64,000 bases of DNA. Origin: Candidatus Bathyarchaeia archaeon. GTDB taxonomy: Archaea; Thermoproteota; CALKCG01; B24. The first letter of the stretch is position 1. Every line of letters begins with the position of its first letter. The notes under the pieces were generated by a model that ran no database searches, had not been told where the DNA came from, and worked only from the letters and a program-made list of their open reading frames with translations. Where the stretch lies: assembly GCA_038870975.1 (NCBI GenBank), contig JAVZJD010000001.1, positions 704,001 through 768,000 of the forward strand, in the 5' to 3' direction. Made by a program: the position numbers and the translations under genes. Positions 29,631-40,501 of the stretch are shown here, in pieces.

Positions 29631-30530
29631 CTATGCCCTCCTCCTAGCGACAGCTATAAGCCCTTCAGGCTTTAAAATGAGCGTGGCAACAAGTACTATA
29701 AAAGCTACAGCCGACCTATAATCTGCTGAAAGCCCAAGCCAGGTTAAAATCACAACTCCAACGTTTTCAGAGAGTCCTAAGATAAACGATGCTATTAAAA
29801 CGCCGTAGAAACTCCCCACTCCACCTAGAAGTGTTATAGCAAATGTTTGAAGAAGAACCTTCCAGCCTAACAGAGGAACCAGGCTACTTCTCATCGCTAA
29901 GAATATTCCCGAAAAGCCTGCCAAGGCTGCACCTAGACACCAAGTGAATAAACTGACTTTATCCAGGTCTATTCCGGATGCCGCCGCAAGCTCGGGATTG
30001 TCAGCAACGGCTCTAATAGCCTTACCCAACTTAGTCTTTGTAAGCATCATGTGAAGCATAAAAGCTACGACCAGTGCAACTATTAAAATGGCTAAAAGTA
30101 GAGGCGTAGTTACAATGGGGCCTATGGTTATGGTAGGCCACACTATTTTAAAAGATTGTATTCCACCCCCAAAAACCTGCATGAGAAAGTGTCTTATTAG
30201 GAAACCCAACCCTATTGATGACACCATTAGATGGACTAGTGAAGCTCCTCTAGACTTCAGAGGTTTAAATAGTAGAAGGTAGCTTAAACCTCCCATAAGG
30301 GCAGATAAGACTACGGCTAAGCATACAGCCAAATAAATGTCCAGGTGAAATATGATTAGGAATAGAAAGGCCATATATGCTCCAAAAGTGATATACTCAG
30401 CATGTGCAAAATTCGGGAAACGAGATAAACCATATGATAGAGATAAACCTACCGTAGCCAACATGTACATACAACCCCATATAATGGAGTTCATCAAAAC
30501 CTGAAGCCAATTTATCATCATCACCACCAA
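29631..30530 (-). CDS. livH: Branched-chain amino acid ABC transporter permease
   Basis: GLSLSYG...PNFAHAE, TKLGKAIRAVADN, GGVGS, KPEGL. Confidence 0.9.
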   Translation of the reverse strand: MVVMMINWLQVLMNSIIWGCMYMLATVGLSLSYGLSRFPNFAHAEYITFGAYMAFLFLIIFHLDIYLAVCLAVVLSALMGGLSYLLLFKPLKSRGASLVHLMVSSIGLGFLIRHFLMQVFGGGIQSFKIVWPTITIGPIVTTPLLLAILIVALVVAFMLHMMLTKTKLGKAIRAVADNPELAAASGIDLDKVSLFTWCLGAALAGFSGIFLAMRSSLVPLLGWKVLLQTFAITLLGGVGSFYGVLIASFILGLSENVGVVILTWLGLSADYRSAVAFIVLVATLILKPEGLIAVARRRA

Positions 30531-30547
30531 AAAATAAAGGAGGACGC

Positions 30548-31822
30548 TTAAGGCCAGTAGCCTATGGCTTCAAACTTGTATTCCCCGTCTCTTTTAACCA
30601 CATCCCATATCTCGTACACTTGATATAGCTGGTCACCGTTTTCATCGAAAAGCTTGTAGCCGCTCGCCCCCATGAACGTTTGGCTTACATCTTTAAGAGC
30701 ATCACGTATTTTAGCACCGTCATATTCTCCGGCTTTCGCTATAGCCAATATAGCCATCATGGTAGCGTCGTACGCCGTATCAGCATACATAGAGGGATCT
30801 TCCCCAAATTTCTCTTTGAATTTGCTCTTGAAGACCTCAAAACTTTCAAGTCCAACTGGAGCCGACGGCCTAGTGCCTATACATGCCCTGCTCATGAACT
30901 CTGCTGCCGCTGGGTCTTCAAACATTGGATCACCGTAGATCCCTTCGGCGCAAACCCAAAGTATATTGTCTAAACCCATTTCCAATGCCTGTCTAAACAT
31001 TATTTTTCCATCCTCATAGTAGCCGACGTATAGAACTCCATCTGGCTTCAAATCCTTAACCATCTGTAGTTCGGTTGTAAAATCTAACTTAGCAGGATCA
31101 TACGTTATTGTCTTAATCACCCTCGTTCCCAGTACCTTTCCTGCCTCCTGCATTACTCCAACACCGTATGGATTATTCATAACTAATACTACTATTCTAG
31201 AGGCTCCCTTCTCTACTAGAAGCTCTCCTAATGCCTTACCCTGTAATGTATCGCTTCCAACAGTTCTGAAGATGTAATCGTCTGGAAACTCCGTGGTTAT
31301 ATAGGGTGCTGTGGCAGTTGGAGATATTAAGACAACCTTATGCTCATTGGCATAGCTGCCCATGGCTCTTAGAACACCGCTGGCCATAGGTCCTATAACG
31401 ATTTGACATCCATCCACCTCGACGAGTTTTTTCAAAGCTTCTAAGCCTCTTGTTGCATCAGTGGCGTCGTCTTCAACTATGAGAACTATTCTCCTGCCGG
31501 CTATTCCACCTCTTGAATTGACCTCATCCACGGCTAGTTGAACACCTTTAACTATATTAGCACCCATAGGGCCTAGAAGACCCGTTAAAGACATTATACA
31601 TCCTATTTTAATCTCCCTAGGCAGGACTGGAGAAACTTCTTGAAGGGCTTGCTGTCGCCCCTCAGCTAGCCCGGCTTGCCGCCCCTCATTGTAACCTCTT
31701 TGATAAGCCTCTGAAGTGGCTGCCTGTCCTGCGTAGTAGCCTGCCGCACCAGCTATTATAGCGATGACTACTATGGCAATTAGGGCTATGGATGTGGATA
31801 TTGCTTTACTTTTTCCATTCAT
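30548..31822 (-). CDS. livK: Branched-chain amino acid ABC substrate-binding protein, N-terminal membrane anchor
   Basis: IKIG...SLTG, N..GGI.GR, FRT..SD..QG, AYDA. Confidence 0.88.
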   Translation of the reverse strand: MNGKSKAISTSIALIAIVVIAIIAGAAGYYAGQAATSEAYQRGYNEGRQAGLAEGRQQALQEVSPVLPREIKIGCIMSLTGLLGPMGANIVKGVQLAVDEVNSRGGIAGRRIVLIVEDDATDATRGLEALKKLVEVDGCQIVIGPMASGVLRAMGSYANEHKVVLISPTATAPYITTEFPDDYIFRTVGSDTLQGKALGELLVEKGASRIVVLVMNNPYGVGVMQEAGKVLGTRVIKTITYDPAKLDFTTELQMVKDLKPDGVLYVGYYEDGKIMFRQALEMGLDNILWVCAEGIYGDPMFEDPAAAEFMSRACIGTRPSAPVGLESFEVFKSKFKEKFGEDPSMYADTAYDATMMAILAIAKAGEYDGAKIRDALKDVSQTFMGASGYKLFDENGDQLYQVYEIWDVVKRDGEYKFEAIGYWP

Positions 31823-31943
31823 GCGTATATCACCTCTAAAAAAGACCGTAAAAGATTACTTAAAACTCATTTAAATTCTTTACTGTACTTTTAAGTGCTT
31901 TATGGTCTCTTAAAAACTTTTCATAACGATTTCAAGTCAATAT

Positions 31944-32696
31944 TTAGAAACTTTTAATTATTACAACTATCAAAATGAATATGATTGAGAAAGTTATTAA
32001 AGCGTAGTCATTCTTAGACATTTTCAACTCGTATAGACTTGTTCTCTTCTTTATTGCACCGTAGGCTCTAGACTCCATGGCTTCAGCAAGCTCTAGGCTC
32101 CTCTGGAAGCTTCTTATGAATAATGGTACAAGTATTGGCAAAGTATTGCGGATCCTCTGTATAATCTTCCCCTTCTCAAGCTCCAATCCTCTAGACTTCT
32201 GCGCATCCATTATGGACTGTGCTTCCAATGCTATGTCTGGTACAAACCTCATAGCGGCTGTGAAAGCAAAGCATATATCGTATGGGATTTTAAGCTTTTC
32301 CAAGGCTAGGCTTAAGTCCTCCGGTGTTGTTGTGAGGAAGAATAGGGAGAATGCTCCTATGAGTGTTACAAATCTAATAGTCATGGCAGCTGCCATAGTT
32401 AAACCTTCCAATGTGAAACCTCCCACGTAGAAATAGCTTGTTAAAAAGTTTACACCGAATATGAACACCATTAAAACGGCTGACCCCCTGAGAGAGTTCA
32501 GCCAAAACTTGACCACTCTTGCTATGCAGACTAAAGGTATCTGTATGATTAGTAAAACGGTGAGTGTTAAAGGGTCTGAGTATAAGATCGATAGAGCACT
32601 TAAAACCAGTAGAAACACAGCTTTAGACCTAGGGTCTAAGCTATGTATAGGACTTTCAATCCTTCTAAATCTTAATCCTTCAAATACACGCATCAC
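31944..32696 (-). CDS. ecfT: ECF transporter T component
   Basis: LDPRSK, RFVP, AQKSRG, AMESRA. Confidence 0.92.
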   Translation of the reverse strand: MMRVFEGLRFRRIESPIHSLDPRSKAVFLLVLSALSILYSDPLTLTVLLIIQIPLVCIARVVKFWLNSLRGSAVLMVFIFGVNFLTSYFYVGGFTLEGLTMAAAMTIRFVTLIGAFSLFFLTTTPEDLSLALEKLKIPYDICFAFTAAMRFVPDIALEAQSIMDAQKSRGLELEKGKIIQRIRNTLPILVPLFIRSFQRSLELAEAMESRAYGAIKKRTSLYELKMSKNDYALITFSIIFILIVVIIKSF

Positions 32697-33523
32697 TACT
32701 GTTTCATCCTCCTTATAATCAATGGTTTAACGATCTCCATAAGGTCCTTTTCATCTAAAATCCCCTCTAAACTTGGAGAATTGAAAAGCCTATAGGCGAG
32801 CTCAGTTATCTGCGGAGGAAGTAGTGAAGCCTCATCTAGAAGCTTTAAATTCGACAGAGCTTTGTCGGCGGTGTCGTCCAGTATGATCCTTCCCTGACTC
32901 ATCAGTATGGTTCTTGGCCTTAAATCTACGACGAACTCTAAATCGTGTGTAACGATCACAACGGTCTTCCCCTCTTTGAGGAAGGACCTTATGATATCGA
33001 TGATTTCAAGCTTCTGCAGGTAGTCTTGACCTATGGTTGGTTCGTCGAGGATTAGATAGTCCGGGTTGAATACGACTACCGATGCTATTGCAAGCCTCTT
33101 CTTCTCCCCTCCGCTTAAGTTGAATGGTGAATTTTGCCTATACTGTGTAAGCCCCATCCTCTCAAGGGCTTGATCAACCCTCCGTTTGATTTCATCTTCT
33201 TGAAAGCCGAAGTTTTTAAGCGCAAAGGCAACTTCTTCTTCAACTGTTTCACTGAAAAACTGATGGTCTGGGTTTTGAAAAACCAGTCCGACTTTTCTAG
33301 AGAGTTGAGCTACAGATAGATCCTTCGTGTTGTTTCCGTCTACTATTACGGTTCCCTTGGTGGGTTTAAGTAGTCCGTTGAAGTGTTTAATCAATGTTGT
33401 TTTTCCAGCGCCGTTTTCACCCATTATGGCTACGCACTCGCCTCTATCGATAGTTAGGTTTACGTCTTTAAGCGCTGTAAATCCGTTTGGATATGTGTAA
33501 TAGACGTCTAAAACCTCTATCAA
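32696..33523 (-). CDS. ecfA2: ECF transporter ATPase
   Basis: GENGAGKTT, FQNPDHQ, LSGGEKKR. Confidence 0.88.
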   Translation of the reverse strand: MIEVLDVYYTYPNGFTALKDVNLTIDRGECVAIMGENGAGKTTLIKHFNGLLKPTKGTVIVDGNNTKDLSVAQLSRKVGLVFQNPDHQFFSETVEEEVAFALKNFGFQEDEIKRRVDQALERMGLTQYRQNSPFNLSGGEKKRLAIASVVVFNPDYLILDEPTIGQDYLQKLEIIDIIRSFLKEGKTVVIVTHDLEFVVDLRPRTILMSQGRIILDDTADKALSNLKLLDEASLLPPQITELAYRLFNSPSLEGILDEKDLMEIVKPLIIRRMKQ

Positions 33524-34362
33524 GAAATAATCCTCCTGAGAACAGCCGACGCGTCTTCAGTAGTTAATGGAAGCCTTTCGAAGCTATATCCCTCCCCTTC
33601 AAGTTGTCTGAAAAACCGTATGAGTCTTGGTGTGCTTACGCCATATTCTTCAAGCCTATGATGGAATAACGTAGCTGGGTCGCCGTCAAGCACTATACGT
33701 CCCTGATTCATAACTATGAGTCTAGAAGCATATCTTGAAGCCAAATCCAGCCTATGCTCAACCAGGACGACTGTTAAGCCTAGCTTCCGATTGAGCTCGT
33801 CTAAAAGTTGGAAGATCCTTAAAGCCGTTTTGGGGTCTAAGTATGCAGTCGGCTCATCGAGGACTATTAACTCAGGGTTCATAGCTAATACTGAGGCTAT
33901 TGCAATCCTCTGCTTCTGTCCCCCTGAAAGCTCGTAGGGCGCTGAATACCTGTACTCCCTCATCCCGACGACTTCCAGAGCCCAATCTACTCTACGCTTA
34001 ATCTCCTCTCTATCTATACCTAAGTTCTCTAAACCAAACGCTACATCCCTCTCAACCGTAAGTGAGAATAGCTGGCTATCGGGGTTTTGAAATATGAAGC
34101 CGACTTTAAGCGCCATTCTATGGATAGGGGTCTCCCTAACATCAAACCCCGCTACGCGTATATCCCCCCTCAAATCTCCACCGTAGAAATGAGGTATTAA
34201 ACCGTTGAAACACCTACACAGAGTGGTTTTCCCACATCCACTAGCCCCAGTGAGTAGGACAAACTCACCCTTTTCAACCTCCAGATTAACATCTAGCAGA
34301 ACGTCTCTATCCATCCCCTCATACCTATAGCGTAACTCTTTAACTTCAATAGCCTTAGGCAT
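33520..34362 (-). CDS. ecfA1: ECF transporter ATPase
   Basis: GASGCGKTT, FQNPDSQ, LSGGQKQR. Confidence 0.88.
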   Translation of the reverse strand: MPKAIEVKELRYRYEGMDRDVLLDVNLEVEKGEFVLLTGASGCGKTTLCRCFNGLIPHFYGGDLRGDIRVAGFDVRETPIHRMALKVGFIFQNPDSQLFSLTVERDVAFGLENLGIDREEIKRRVDWALEVVGMREYRYSAPYELSGGQKQRIAIASVLAMNPELIVLDEPTAYLDPKTALRIFQLLDELNRKLGLTVVLVEHRLDLASRYASRLIVMNQGRIVLDGDPATLFHHRLEEYGVSTPRLIRFFRQLEGEGYSFERLPLTTEDASAVLRRIIS

Positions 34363-34439
34363 CCCTCATCCGCTATAGTAAGCCTCCTATTAAACCTAGC
34401 CTCTAATATTTTTAAGGGTTTAATTTTTAATATTAGCGG

Positions 34440-34750
34440 TTATCTTCTCTTTCTGAATAGCCATCCAGTTTCTAGCTTACAGACGTATTCGAAACCAGTC
34501 TCTACGAGTTTAACAGCCTCTTCATCTGTTTTCGCTATTTTAGCGTAGAATTCATCGTGAGGTTGTTGGAATAGTGCATTTTCAATCGCTATGTAGCGCA
34601 TTATATTTTCTATGTTTTTACGACCGAGGGGCTCCTCACATGGATTACGTCTTTAGTCTTATGATACTCCAGCATTCCTTCTAATATCTGAAACCGTGGA
34701 ATGTGATCTTTAAAAACCTCAGACTTCCAAGCTTTTTCGCCAAATTCCGA
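34440..34750 (-). pseudogene. Tyrosine recombinase/integrase C-terminal remnant (stop codon + frameshifts)
   Basis: Manual translation: RNLAKKLGSLRFLKITFHGFRY* / MLEYHKTKDVIHV / LGRKNIENIMRYIAIE...GFEYVCKLETGWLFRKRR*; HxxR box, LGH-like box and catalytic Tyr are recognisable. Confidence 0.8.
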
Positions 34751-34763
34751 GGCTTTTAAAGAT

Positions 34764-35447
34764 CTAGCTTATGAGTGGAATTATTTCGCTGTTCACCATG
34801 TTTATGAAGTCTGTCTTCTCCATTTTGCCGAACACCACTACGACTCCATCTCTAGTAAGTCCAACGGTAGCTCCATAGCTGTTGGAAACTGTGACTAAAT
34901 ACCAAATACTCCCCATTTTAAGATAGCTACTATAAAGATCTGTCTGCGTCAAATCAGGACCGTAAAGAGAAAGTTTATCTATATTCGGTATTGGTAGACT
35001 GTCGAAGAATATGACCTTCGTATTCTCAGGATTCCTCTCATGATACTCTCTCATCTTCTCAGGACTTATTGAGACGTTTAAAATATACCCCCTCGAGATG
35101 AACAGAAGCTGACTAAAGAGGTTTGCAGCCCTGTTAGCCATATTCTTCCTCTCAATAACCAGTAGGAACGTTGCACTAGGTCTCTTGAAGAAGGCAAAAG
35201 TCAAGTATAACGTCTTAGGTACAGGTATTCTCTTCCCACGGTGGTACGTAAAACGTAGGGTATCCCACGCTAAAACACCCCTCAAACTGTTAAAACCCAT
35301 AGCTAAATCCATAACCTCATTGACCAACTTAATCTTGTAATCTTCCTCTTCAAAGTCTTCTTCAACTCTATAGCCTTTAAGCTTCTCAGCTATCTTATCC
35401 AACGGAGTATCTTCTACCAGCCTGAAGATCTTACCAGCTAAGACCAA
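34764..35447 (-). CDS. Hypothetical protein
   Basis: 227-aa ORF with AGGTG SD-like sequence; no recognised motif. Confidence 0.7.
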   Translation of the reverse strand: MVLAGKIFRLVEDTPLDKIAEKLKGYRVEEDFEEEDYKIKLVNEVMDLAMGFNSLRGVLAWDTLRFTYHRGKRIPVPKTLYLTFAFFKRPSATFLLVIERKNMANRAANLFSQLLFISRGYILNVSISPEKMREYHERNPENTKVIFFDSLPIPNIDKLSLYGPDLTQTDLYSSYLKMGSIWYLVTVSNSYGATVGLTRDGVVVVFGKMEKTDFINMVNSEIIPLIS

Positions 35448-35613
35448 TTAAAACACCTAAGTTAAAGATACCTAACTACAACGTAATATTTCACAGAAAT
35501 ATACTGTTAAAATTTTCTCCTAATTTTAAACAAAACGTCGGTGAAAATAGAACAAAATAACCATTCACCACAGGCTTAAATTCAATCCGAGTCGGAGTGA
35601 AGATAACTATTAT

Positions 35614-36858
35614 ATGGCAGATTTCTACTTAAAATCTAGGCTAACAATGGGAACTAATAAGCCTCCAGATAACTCCAATGTTCAAAAAAAGTTTGACATG
35701 AGTATTGAAAACCTCTACAGACGCAATAGAAGATTCGCCGGAGAAATCAGAACACTAATACACAAATACGTAGAAAGACTCGTAAAAATCCACGGAAAGG
35801 ACTTCAAATTCAAGTTCATGAACTTCTGTGGCACTCACGAGTGGACAACCGTCCACTATGGCATTAGAAGTCTTCTACCAGAAAACATCGAACTCGTAGC
35901 TGGCCCAGGATGCCCGGTGTGTATAACCCCATCCTTCCTAGTAGAACATGCGATTAAACTATCGTTTGAAGACGTTAGAGTTTATACTTTTGGAGATGCT
36001 TTTAGGCTTCCGTCGGTTAAACCTGTGGAGGGGGCTAAGAGTCTAGCAGAAGCTAAAGCATCCGGGGGAAACGTCGCGGTCGTCTATAGCTTCCTAGACG
36101 CCTTAAAGGAATCCAACGATTACCTAAAGGATTCAGTCTTCCTAGCTATAGGTTTTGAAACAACAGCCCCAGGCTATGCCATACCTATGATCAACAGCCT
36201 CATCCCTAGGAACATGTATCTCCTACCAGCATTGAGACTTACCCCTCCGGCTGCGGAGTATGCTATAATGGAGGCTAAGAAGAGGTCGATGTCTTCAATT
36301 AATGGTATAATCGCTCCAGGGCACGTATCTGCTATAACAGGAGCCAAACCTTGGGATGAACTTTCTAGAAAACTTGAAATACCGACTGTGATCTCTGGGT
36401 TTGAACCATTGGATCTACTCCTCTCAATATTAGAGCTTCTAAAGATGATCTTGAAGAACGAGGTCGGTGTAAAAGTTGAATATCGCAGAGTAGTCTCTTG
36501 GAATGGAAACGTCGAATCTTTAAACGCTATTAACACTTGCTTTGAAGTTGTAGACTCTCCATGGAGGGGAATAGGGTTTATAGATAAAAGCGGTTTAGAG
36601 GTTAAAGATACATATTCTAATTACGATGCATTCAAAGCCTTCAGTCTAGACAAGCCTAACAGAACCTCTTGGAGCGATGATAGCCTCAGCGGATGCAAGT
36701 GTACTGAAGTCATTCTAGGGCTAGCTAAACCTATAGAATGCAGGTTCTTCTTAAAGGTATGCAATCCATCTAAGCCATTGGGTCCATGTATGGTATCATC
36801 CGAGGGAACCTGCTCCATATGGGCTAGATTTGGAGGATATCTCAGTTTAAAAAGTTAG
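35614..36858 (+). CDS. hypD: Hydrogenase maturation protein HypD (start may be 35698)
   Basis: CGTHE, GPGCPVC, GFETT, PGHVS, GPCMVSSEGTC. Confidence 0.96.
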   Translation: MADFYLKSRLTMGTNKPPDNSNVQKKFDMSIENLYRRNRRFAGEIRTLIHKYVERLVKIHGKDFKFKFMNFCGTHEWTTVHYGIRSLLPENIELVAGPGCPVCITPSFLVEHAIKLSFEDVRVYTFGDAFRLPSVKPVEGAKSLAEAKASGGNVAVVYSFLDALKESNDYLKDSVFLAIGFETTAPGYAIPMINSLIPRNMYLLPALRLTPPAAEYAIMEAKKRSMSSINGIIAPGHVSAITGAKPWDELSRKLEIPTVISGFEPLDLLLSILELLKMILKNEVGVKVEYRRVVSWNGNVESLNAINTCFEVVDSPWRGIGFIDKSGLEVKDTYSNYDAFKAFSLDKPNRTSWSDDSLSGCKCTEVILGLAKPIECRFFLKVCNPSKPLGPCMVSSEGTCSIWARFGGYLSLKS

Positions 36859-36862
36859 GTGG

Positions 36863-37174
36863 TTGAATATGTGTTGGGGTGTTCCAGCTAAAGTTTTAAA
36901 AGTAGAAGGTTTTAAAGCATACGTAGATTTCGGAGGAGGCGTCAAAAGAGAAGTTTTAGTCGCTGTGAGCGATTTGAAAGACGGCGATTATGTAATTGTA
37001 CACGCCGGAATAGTGATTTCCAAGGTTGACCGAGAGGAAGCATTAAAGGTTTTAGAAGCATATATGGATATGGCGGTTCAACAGGCTAGAGAAGATGGTT
37101 TAAACGAGGAAGAAGTCAAACAGTACTACAAAGCGTTAAAGTCCGAGGTGTTTGGTGATATTGGCTATGAGTAA
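36863..37174 (+). CDS. hypC: Hydrogenase chaperone HypC (start probably MCWGVP, 36869)
   Basis: MCWGVPAKV, GDYVIVHAG. Confidence 0.95.
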   Translation: MNMCWGVPAKVLKVEGFKAYVDFGGGVKREVLVAVSDLKDGDYVIVHAGIVISKVDREEALKVLEAYMDMAVQQAREDGLNEEEVKQYYKALKSEVFGDIGYE

Positions 37175-38195
37175 GATTACCCTAGCTCATGGAGCTGGTG
37201 GAAAAGAGACTGCTGACCTTCTAGAAAGTATAATTTTCAGTAGGGTTGAGGATAGGCTTAAAAAAGTCAAAGGAGGCCTTGGAATAGATCATCCAGATGA
37301 TAGCGCTTTAATCCCTATTGGAGATGGAAAATTCCTAGTTGTTTCAACAGATTCATACACGGTTTCGCCCATATTCTTCCCAGGGGGGGACATAGGTAAG
37401 CTTGCGATATGCGGCTCTATAAACGACGTACTAGTTATGGGCGGGCTTCCAATAGCGATGCTAGATACTATAATCGTCGAAGAAGGCTTCCCCATAGACA
37501 TGTTAAAACGTATAATCAACTCTATGGTTGAAACGCTTACTGCTGAAAACGTTGCACTAATAGGTGGAGATTTTAAAGTCATGCCTAGAGGTCACATAGA
37601 TAAAATAGTCATATCGACAACTGGAATAGGAATATCTGAAAATCCCATAGTTGATTTAAACATTCAACCTGGCAATCGAATAATCGTATCTGGTTGTCTA
37701 GGGGAACACGGTGCAACGATAATGGCTCTACAGCATGGATTAAATGTAGATGTGCTTCGAAGCGACGTTAAACCGCTCACAGGTCTCTTTAAACCTCTAA
37801 TGAGACGCTTCGCAAATGTTGTGAAGGCTGCTGGCGACCCTACGAGAGGTGGATTATCTATGCTTCTTAACAACTGGGCTAAATCTAGTGGCAATTTGAT
37901 ATACGTCGATGAATCTAAAATTCCAATATGCGACTCTGTTAGGAAGTACTCTGAAATGCTCGGAGTTGACCCATTGCATCTGGCTTCTGAGGGCGTGGCT
38001 GTTTTAGCTGTGGATGGAGAAGTCGCTGAAGAAGTCTTGGAATTTGTGAGAAGCCTAGGCTTTAACGATGCCGCCATCATAGGAGAGGTTAAAAAGGATG
38101 AAAAGTTTCAAGGTTTAGTCCTAATCCAGAGCGAAATAGGTGGGTTGAGAGTGCTAGAACCACCCACTGGTGAAATAGTTCCAAGGATATGTTAA
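37152..38195 (+). CDS. hypE: Carbamoyl dehydratase HypE
   Basis: HGAGG, FFPGGDIG, DPTRGG, C-terminal PRIC. Confidence 0.96.
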   Translation: MVILAMSKITLAHGAGGKETADLLESIIFSRVEDRLKKVKGGLGIDHPDDSALIPIGDGKFLVVSTDSYTVSPIFFPGGDIGKLAICGSINDVLVMGGLPIAMLDTIIVEEGFPIDMLKRIINSMVETLTAENVALIGGDFKVMPRGHIDKIVISTTGIGISENPIVDLNIQPGNRIIVSGCLGEHGATIMALQHGLNVDVLRSDVKPLTGLFKPLMRRFANVVKAAGDPTRGGLSMLLNNWAKSSGNLIYVDESKIPICDSVRKYSEMLGVDPLHLASEGVAVLAVDGEVAEEVLEFVRSLGFNDAAIIGEVKKDEKFQGLVLIQSEIGGLRVLEPPTGEIVPRIC

Positions 38196-40501
38196 ACATG
38201 AGAAGCGTTAGAATAACAGTCACGGGAATTGTTCAAGGTGTTGGCTTTAGACCATTTATCTACAGATTAGCCAAACAACTCAACCTAAAAGGATACGTTA
38301 GAAACCTTGGTGGAAGCGAAGTTGAAATACTCCTCGAAGGTCCACCTAATTTAATTGAAGAGTTCATCGGAAGACTTAAAACCGATAAGCCTCCTCCGGC
38401 GGACATCTACGATTTAAAAATAGATGAAGCTAAACCTAGAGGTTTCAAAGACTTCTCCATAGAGAAGAGCGGAAGACAATGTGAAGAATATTCGATGATC
38501 CCGCCAGACATAGGAATATGCTCCGCCTGTTTATCTGAAGTTTTAAGCTTAGGAAATAGGAGATTTATGTACCCCTTTAACAGCTGCGCCTGGTGTGGAC
38601 CTAGATTCTCAATGATCGAGAAAATACCCTACGATAGGGAGAATACTACCATGCGAGACTTCCCAATGTGCTCAGAGTGTTTGGAGGAGTATGAAAACCC
38701 TGAAGTTGTAAGACGTTTCCATGCTCAGGGGAACTGTTGCCCAGTTTGTGGTCCAAAGGTTTGGCTTGAAGATAAAAACAAACCTATAAATGTTAAAAAC
38801 CCTATTCTTGAAGCCTCCAAACTCATAGATGAAGGCTTTATAGTGGCGGTTAAAGGATTGGGTGGCTTTCACATAGCATGCTTAGCTTCAAACGATGAAG
38901 TGGTTCTAAAGCTTAGAAGGAGGAAGCGTAGATACGAAAAGCCACTGGCTATCATGGCTTTAAACCTAGACATAGCATCGAAAATAGTCGATTTTTCAGA
39001 TGAAGATGCGTTGCTCTTAGAATCACTTAGAAGACCAATCCTCCTCCTACCTGAGAAGGAAAATAGCCCCGTGTCAAAATACGTAGCACCTGGTTTATCC
39101 ATGCAAGGCGTGATGCTTCCATACACTGCTCTACACTATCTGTTGTTATCTAACGTTAAAGACGGATTCCTAATAATGACAAGCGGTAATGAAAGCGGAG
39201 AACCCATGTGCACAGAAAACGATGAAGCAAAATCTAGACTTAACGGTATTGTAGACTACTTTCTAATGCATAATCGAAGGATAGTCAATAGAGTCGACGA
39301 CAGCGTTGTAAGGAAAACAGGAAAATTCTACACAATCATACGTAGAAGCAGGGGTTACGCACCAATGTGGGTTAAACTACCATTCAGCACTTCAAGGCCT
39401 GTAATTGCCCTCGGGGCTCACTACCAGAACACAGGCTGTTTAGCGTTTAAAAATATAGCCATACCTACTCAATTCGTCGGAGACATGGAAAATATCTCAT
39501 CATTACTTGAATTGGAGAAAGCACTAACTTTTCTCATTAAAACGTATGGTATAGATCCCTCTAAGGCTCTGCTGGCTGTAGATATGCACCCCAGATACTT
39601 GAATAGAATACTGGCTGAAAAATGGATTAAAAAATATGGTTGTGAGCTCTTGGAAGTACAACATCATCACGCTCACGCGGCATCATTAATGGCTGAACTT
39701 AAAGCCGATCTTGACTCTGAAGAAATTGCTGTAACTATTGATGGTGTCGGGTATGGAAATGATGGGACATTATGGGGTGGCGAAGTTCTAACAGTTAAAT
39801 ATGGCTCTTTCACTAGATTTGGCCACTTAGAGCAGATACCGATGCCTGGTGGAGATAAAGCCGTAGAATACCCCGTTAGAATGCTAATATCCATCCTATC
39901 GAGGTTTATGAATGACGACGAAATTAACCAATTCATCATCTGTAGAGGCTTACATAATGGTCTCCCCTATGGAGTTGAAGAAGTTGAAGCAACCCTGTTA
40001 CTCTTGGAGAAGAGTAACCCTCCCATAACATCAAGCATAGGAAGAGTTTTAGACGCCGCCTCATCATTACTAGGTATTTGCCTTAAAAGGACATATGAAG
40101 GTGAACCCGCTATGAAGCTTGAAGCGTTTTCAAAATTGCAAGCCCCCGTAGAACTACTTACACCTAAAACCTCCCATTCTAAGCCAGTGGTAGAAACACA
40201 TAAGATTTTCGAAGAACTCATTTCTAAGATTGACAGACCTCGTGAACAACTAGCCTACAGCATTCAAAGAGCATTAGGCTTATCCCTCGGCGAATTAGCA
40301 GTTGCAGCTTCAAAGGGTAGGAATACGTATAGAGTCTTAGTTTCCGGGGGGGCAGCGGTCAACACAATAATATTTGAATCCATAAGGGAAGTCGTTGAAA
40401 ACGAGGGGCTTAAAGCCTATGTTAATGTTCAAGTACCACCCGGCGATGGAGGGATATCCCTAGGTCAAGCCATTATAGCTGGCTTTAAAACTTTAATCTA
40501 A
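38189..40501 (+). CDS. hypF: Carbamoyltransferase HypF
   Basis: GIVQGVGFRPF, Zn fingers, KGLGGFH, QHHHAH, PPGDGGISLGQ. Confidence 0.97.
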   Translation: MLNMRSVRITVTGIVQGVGFRPFIYRLAKQLNLKGYVRNLGGSEVEILLEGPPNLIEEFIGRLKTDKPPPADIYDLKIDEAKPRGFKDFSIEKSGRQCEEYSMIPPDIGICSACLSEVLSLGNRRFMYPFNSCAWCGPRFSMIEKIPYDRENTTMRDFPMCSECLEEYENPEVVRRFHAQGNCCPVCGPKVWLEDKNKPINVKNPILEASKLIDEGFIVAVKGLGGFHIACLASNDEVVLKLRRRKRRYEKPLAIMALNLDIASKIVDFSDEDALLLESLRRPILLLPEKENSPVSKYVAPGLSMQGVMLPYTALHYLLLSNVKDGFLIMTSGNESGEPMCTENDEAKSRLNGIVDYFLMHNRRIVNRVDDSVVRKTGKFYTIIRRSRGYAPMWVKLPFSTSRPVIALGAHYQNTGCLAFKNIAIPTQFVGDMENISSLLELEKALTFLIKTYGIDPSKALLAVDMHPRYLNRILAEKWIKKYGCELLEVQHHHAHAASLMAELKADLDSEEIAVTIDGVGYGNDGTLWGGEVLTVKYGSFTRFGHLEQIPMPGGDKAVEYPVRMLISILSRFMNDDEINQFIICRGLHNGLPYGVEEVEATLLLLEKSNPPITSSIGRVLDAASSLLGICLKRTYEGEPAMKLEAFSKLQAPVELLTPKTSHSKPVVETHKIFEELISKIDRPREQLAYSIQRALGLSLGELAVAASKGRNTYRVLVSGGAAVNTIIFESIREVVENEGLKAYVNVQVPPGDGGISLGQAIIAGFKTLI

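Noticed and set aside
31640-31720. GxxxG-periodic segment (AYQRGYNEGRQAGLAEGRQQA) in LivK
   Set aside because: Most simply a helical linker between the membrane anchor and the binding domain
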